Assembly: GCA_051294375.1 (NCBI GenBank)
Contig: CM119265.1
Coordinates: 7,129,589 to 7,193,588, forward strand
Reading direction: 5' to 3'
DNA from: Paraspadella gotoi
Taxonomy: Eukaryota; Animalia; Chaetognatha
Length of the DNA stretch: 64,000 nt
The translations under genes were made by a program, and so were the position numbers. Below the pieces are notes generated by a model, which was not told the DNA's origin, ran no database searches, and saw nothing but the letters and a program-made list of their open reading frames with translations. Each line of letters begins with the position of its first letter. Position 1 is the first letter of the stretch. Of this stretch, positions 61,701 through 64,000 are shown one piece after another.

Positions 61701-63321
61701 CGGGGAAAAAAACTTGGGAGTTCTTTGTTGCAGCTGCTTTAAAGTTAAGTTAAGAATTTTTAGGTAATGAATTTCACCCGGTCTCCGACCCGAACTCCGA
61801 CCAGCTTTCCAACCAGAATTCCGACCTATCATCGACCCAGAGTGCGACCCATTCTCCGACCCGATCTCCGATTCATTCTCAAACCCTGCTCGACCCAAAA
61901 CCTCAGCTTATAACCGAGGACTCAGCTCTCAGAGCGAAACTGAGTTGTGATCGATATTTTTTTTCCCTCGAAGCGAATCAGAATTCACTTTCGTGACAAG
62001 TTGTCGTAAAAATTGCGGGAAAATCGGAGGAATATCCGTAGTTGTCGTCGTCGTCGTCGTCGTCGTCGTCACGGTCGCCGTCGGCTTTGGTTTTCTCCGG
62101 GATATCACAAGGACGAGTGAAATATTTCGCAGTTGGCTGAGTTCTAAGTTCACGAGGACACTGGGTCAAATTCATCCACATTATTGCCAGTATCTCAACT
62201 CTCACAATCACGCAGTCATACAATCAGTCATACAAGCAGTCTCGCACATATGCTCGTACACTTTTCCACGCGTACCATATACGAAATACGAATCGACGTT
62301 TTGAAATTCCGAGTAAGTGAAAAGTTAAGTTGAAAAAGTCATAAGTTCTTCGAGAAGAAATTTCTTGGAATTTCTCGCTTAATAAGACCCGACGCGAGAC
62401 TCCGACGAGGGAGACGAAATTCGTCTCGAAAATTGAATTTGAGGAAAAGTGAAACGAGTGGAACGTTGGGTTCCTTCTTCGATTCAATTTGTGACCCGGT
62501 TGCGAAAATAAAAAAAGTTGGGGAGGTGGAGCTGAAAAGGGGGGGAAGGGCGAGCTGAGGGGGAGAGTAAGATTGCGAGGGGAGAAGACATCAGACCCGT
62601 TTTCTTTTTTTCTTTTTATTTTAAAAAGAGAAAATTTAATATTTTGTCATTCGATATGAAAAAAAATTTTAAGGAAGAGAAATTGAAAGGAGGAGAGGAG
62701 AGACAAGAGAACCTACTGTGTGGTGCTGCAGTTAGAATTCTGCAGACGCCGAGGGTTTTAGGGAACTACAAAGCTCTCGACAGTTGAGAATACTTTTAAC
62801 ATAAGCATCAAAAGAAAGATTTTAAAAAAAAAAAAATATTTGAATTTAAAGTAAAAAGGCGAGAGTCATGATCCTTATTAATCGAGCCGAGATTCTCAGC
62901 CGACATCGTGAAAATGGAAACCGACGTTCGACTAAATTAGCTGCGAACTGATTGCGAAAAGCTTTTGCGGAACCATATGCTGTCATCAGAGCGAAAAAAA
63001 ATAATAATAATAAAAAAAAACCAAATTTTCAAACTCAATTTAATCCAATTAAGTTTGTGCGTCAACTGATTATCAAAAAAAAAAAGGCTTTCTATGATTT
63101 TATCATATATTATTAATCTCAAGGCTCCTTCGAGACTTTTTAGCGGGAAAGAAAAAAAATATATTAAAAATATGGAAGAAAGGGAAAATTAATTACTTCA
63201 ATTTCATGTACACATTACAGTAATAAGCACTCTCGGTCTAAAACTCGTCGGAGAAAATATTTTGATTTCTTTTTTAAATTTAAGTTTTAATTAATTTTGG
63301 GCAGAAGAGAGAGAGAGAGAG

Positions 63322-63352
<31 letters not shown>

Positions 63353-63903
63353 AGGAGAGAGAGAGAGAGAGAGAGAGACCTTACTGTCCCCTGGAGGTGT
63401 GAAGGAGGAGTGTGACTAGGGAGGAGGTTCCGGGACAGAGGCAGTTGTTGGGCGAGCAAACGCGTATTGAACTCATCCTCACAAAACCACCTGAGCAGGG
63501 AAAGTGAACCGGAGAGGGAGGGGGATGAGTAGGAATGAGGGTGAAGTTTGGGGTGGGGGGGTAGAGAATGGTGAAACATCGGAAAAAAAGCAAGGGATTC
63601 CGTTCACCGCGGAAAAAAAAAAATCTAGACAAATAAGGCCCAAAAAATTCCATAGAAAGTAAACAACAAGAAAAAAAATTACGAAATTGGATTTTCCTTT
63701 TTGCCTTTACTCTTTTTCCAGCGAGAAAAAAAAAGAAAAACATAAAAACAACTAAGACGAAGGAAAGAAAAACAAGAAAGGGAACTCACGTGTTCCGCGA
63801 ATTTGACGTGGAACTTATTTTCCGGGCGAAATATTTGAACGTATTGCGGACAGCGTGGGGCGAAGTCCTTGACGGCCCATGATCGAAGGATAGTGTGTTG
63901 ATC
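49482..63903 (-). CDS. SLO2: Slo2/Slack-type (KCNT) Na+-activated potassium channel, 3' half (RCK1-RCK2 and tail); 5' part lies beyond the window
   Basis: [36 protein letters not shown]; GNEIYHI...[11 protein letters not shown]; [20 protein letters not shown]; LDDLLRAGI; [12 protein letters not shown]; [10 protein letters not shown]; [13 protein letters not shown]; [22 protein letters not shown]. About 20 GT-AG exons traced. One exon has indels; the stop position is uncertain. Confidence 0.95.
49540..49628. repeat. (CT)n microsatellite
   Basis: Direct observation. Confidence 0.95.
55668..55895. repeat. Low-complexity A-run followed by a (CTTT/TTC)-rich tract
   Basis: Direct observation; source of the spurious K/E/R and F/S ORFs. 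Confidence 0.9.
57225..58720. repeat. Cluster of intronic dinucleotide microsatellites: (CT)n 57225-57310, (AG)n 58062-58158 and 58613-58720
   Basis: Direct observation; similar runs at 50375-50406, 60663-60709 and 63303-63378. Confidence 0.9.
61389..61461 (-). ncRNA. Minimal hammerhead-like relic overlapping a 22 bp-arm hairpin, in a Slo2 intron
   Basis: Minus 61422-61389: CTGATGA-aGGaTA gcatgcaa TAGCC-GAAAGTTC. Hairpin 61415-61461 with one G-T pair. Confidence 0.45.
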
Positions 63904-64000
63904 CTGGAGTAGAAAGGTCAAAAGAGTTTGGATTTACAGAGTTCAATTAAGTTCTATATATGTAAGTTTGAATATAAGCTATGCTATGCTATGCTTTGCC

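Noticed and set aside
49482-63903. Slo2 as a pseudogene
   Set aside because: Lesions are confined to homopolymers in one exon; all other traced exons are intact.
1-64000. CRISPR arrays, rRNA, prokaryotic operons, autonomous transposase or RT ORFs
   Set aside because: None seen; the sequence is spliceosomal-intron eukaryotic DNA with only non-autonomous repeats.

Overview
Eukaryotic (invertebrate animal) genomic DNA, gene-dense, with AT-rich introns/intergenic DNA, GC-richer exons, many 60-90 bp introns and (AG)n microsatellites. I cannot identify the species. By manual translation and splice-phase checking I support 12 protein-coding genes in order: AIF1/Iba1-like EF-hand (+), small heat-shock protein with a perfect HSE and a probable mitochondrial presequence (+), an unknown single-pass membrane protein (+), ECM29/ECPAS (-), SMEK/PPP4R3 (-), MO25/CAB39 (-), a C2H2 zinc-finger gene (+), SH3BP5/parcas-like (+), a thioredoxin-fold membrane protein (-), ADAM10/kuzbanian (+), a TMEM272-like 4-TM protein (+), and the 3' half of a Slo2/KCNT potassium channel (-). 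A partial acidic exon sits at the left edge. Non-coding DNA holds a ~180 bp dispersed repeat (5-6 copies), TIR elements filled with TTAGGG-like repeats, and degenerate minimal hammerhead-ribozyme motifs of the Penelope-like type. I found no convincing wholly new multi-gene system. The best leads are: the hammerhead palindromes; a repeat that may supply the first splice donor of the zinc-finger gene; a 498-codon symmetric low-complexity exon plus a frameshifted duplicated PPxY module in the ADAM10 tail; and several duplicated splice donors. Homopolymer indels in one Slo2 exon suggest assembly errors, so all single-base frameshifts need read-level checking. Family assignments are from recalled motifs, not database searches.
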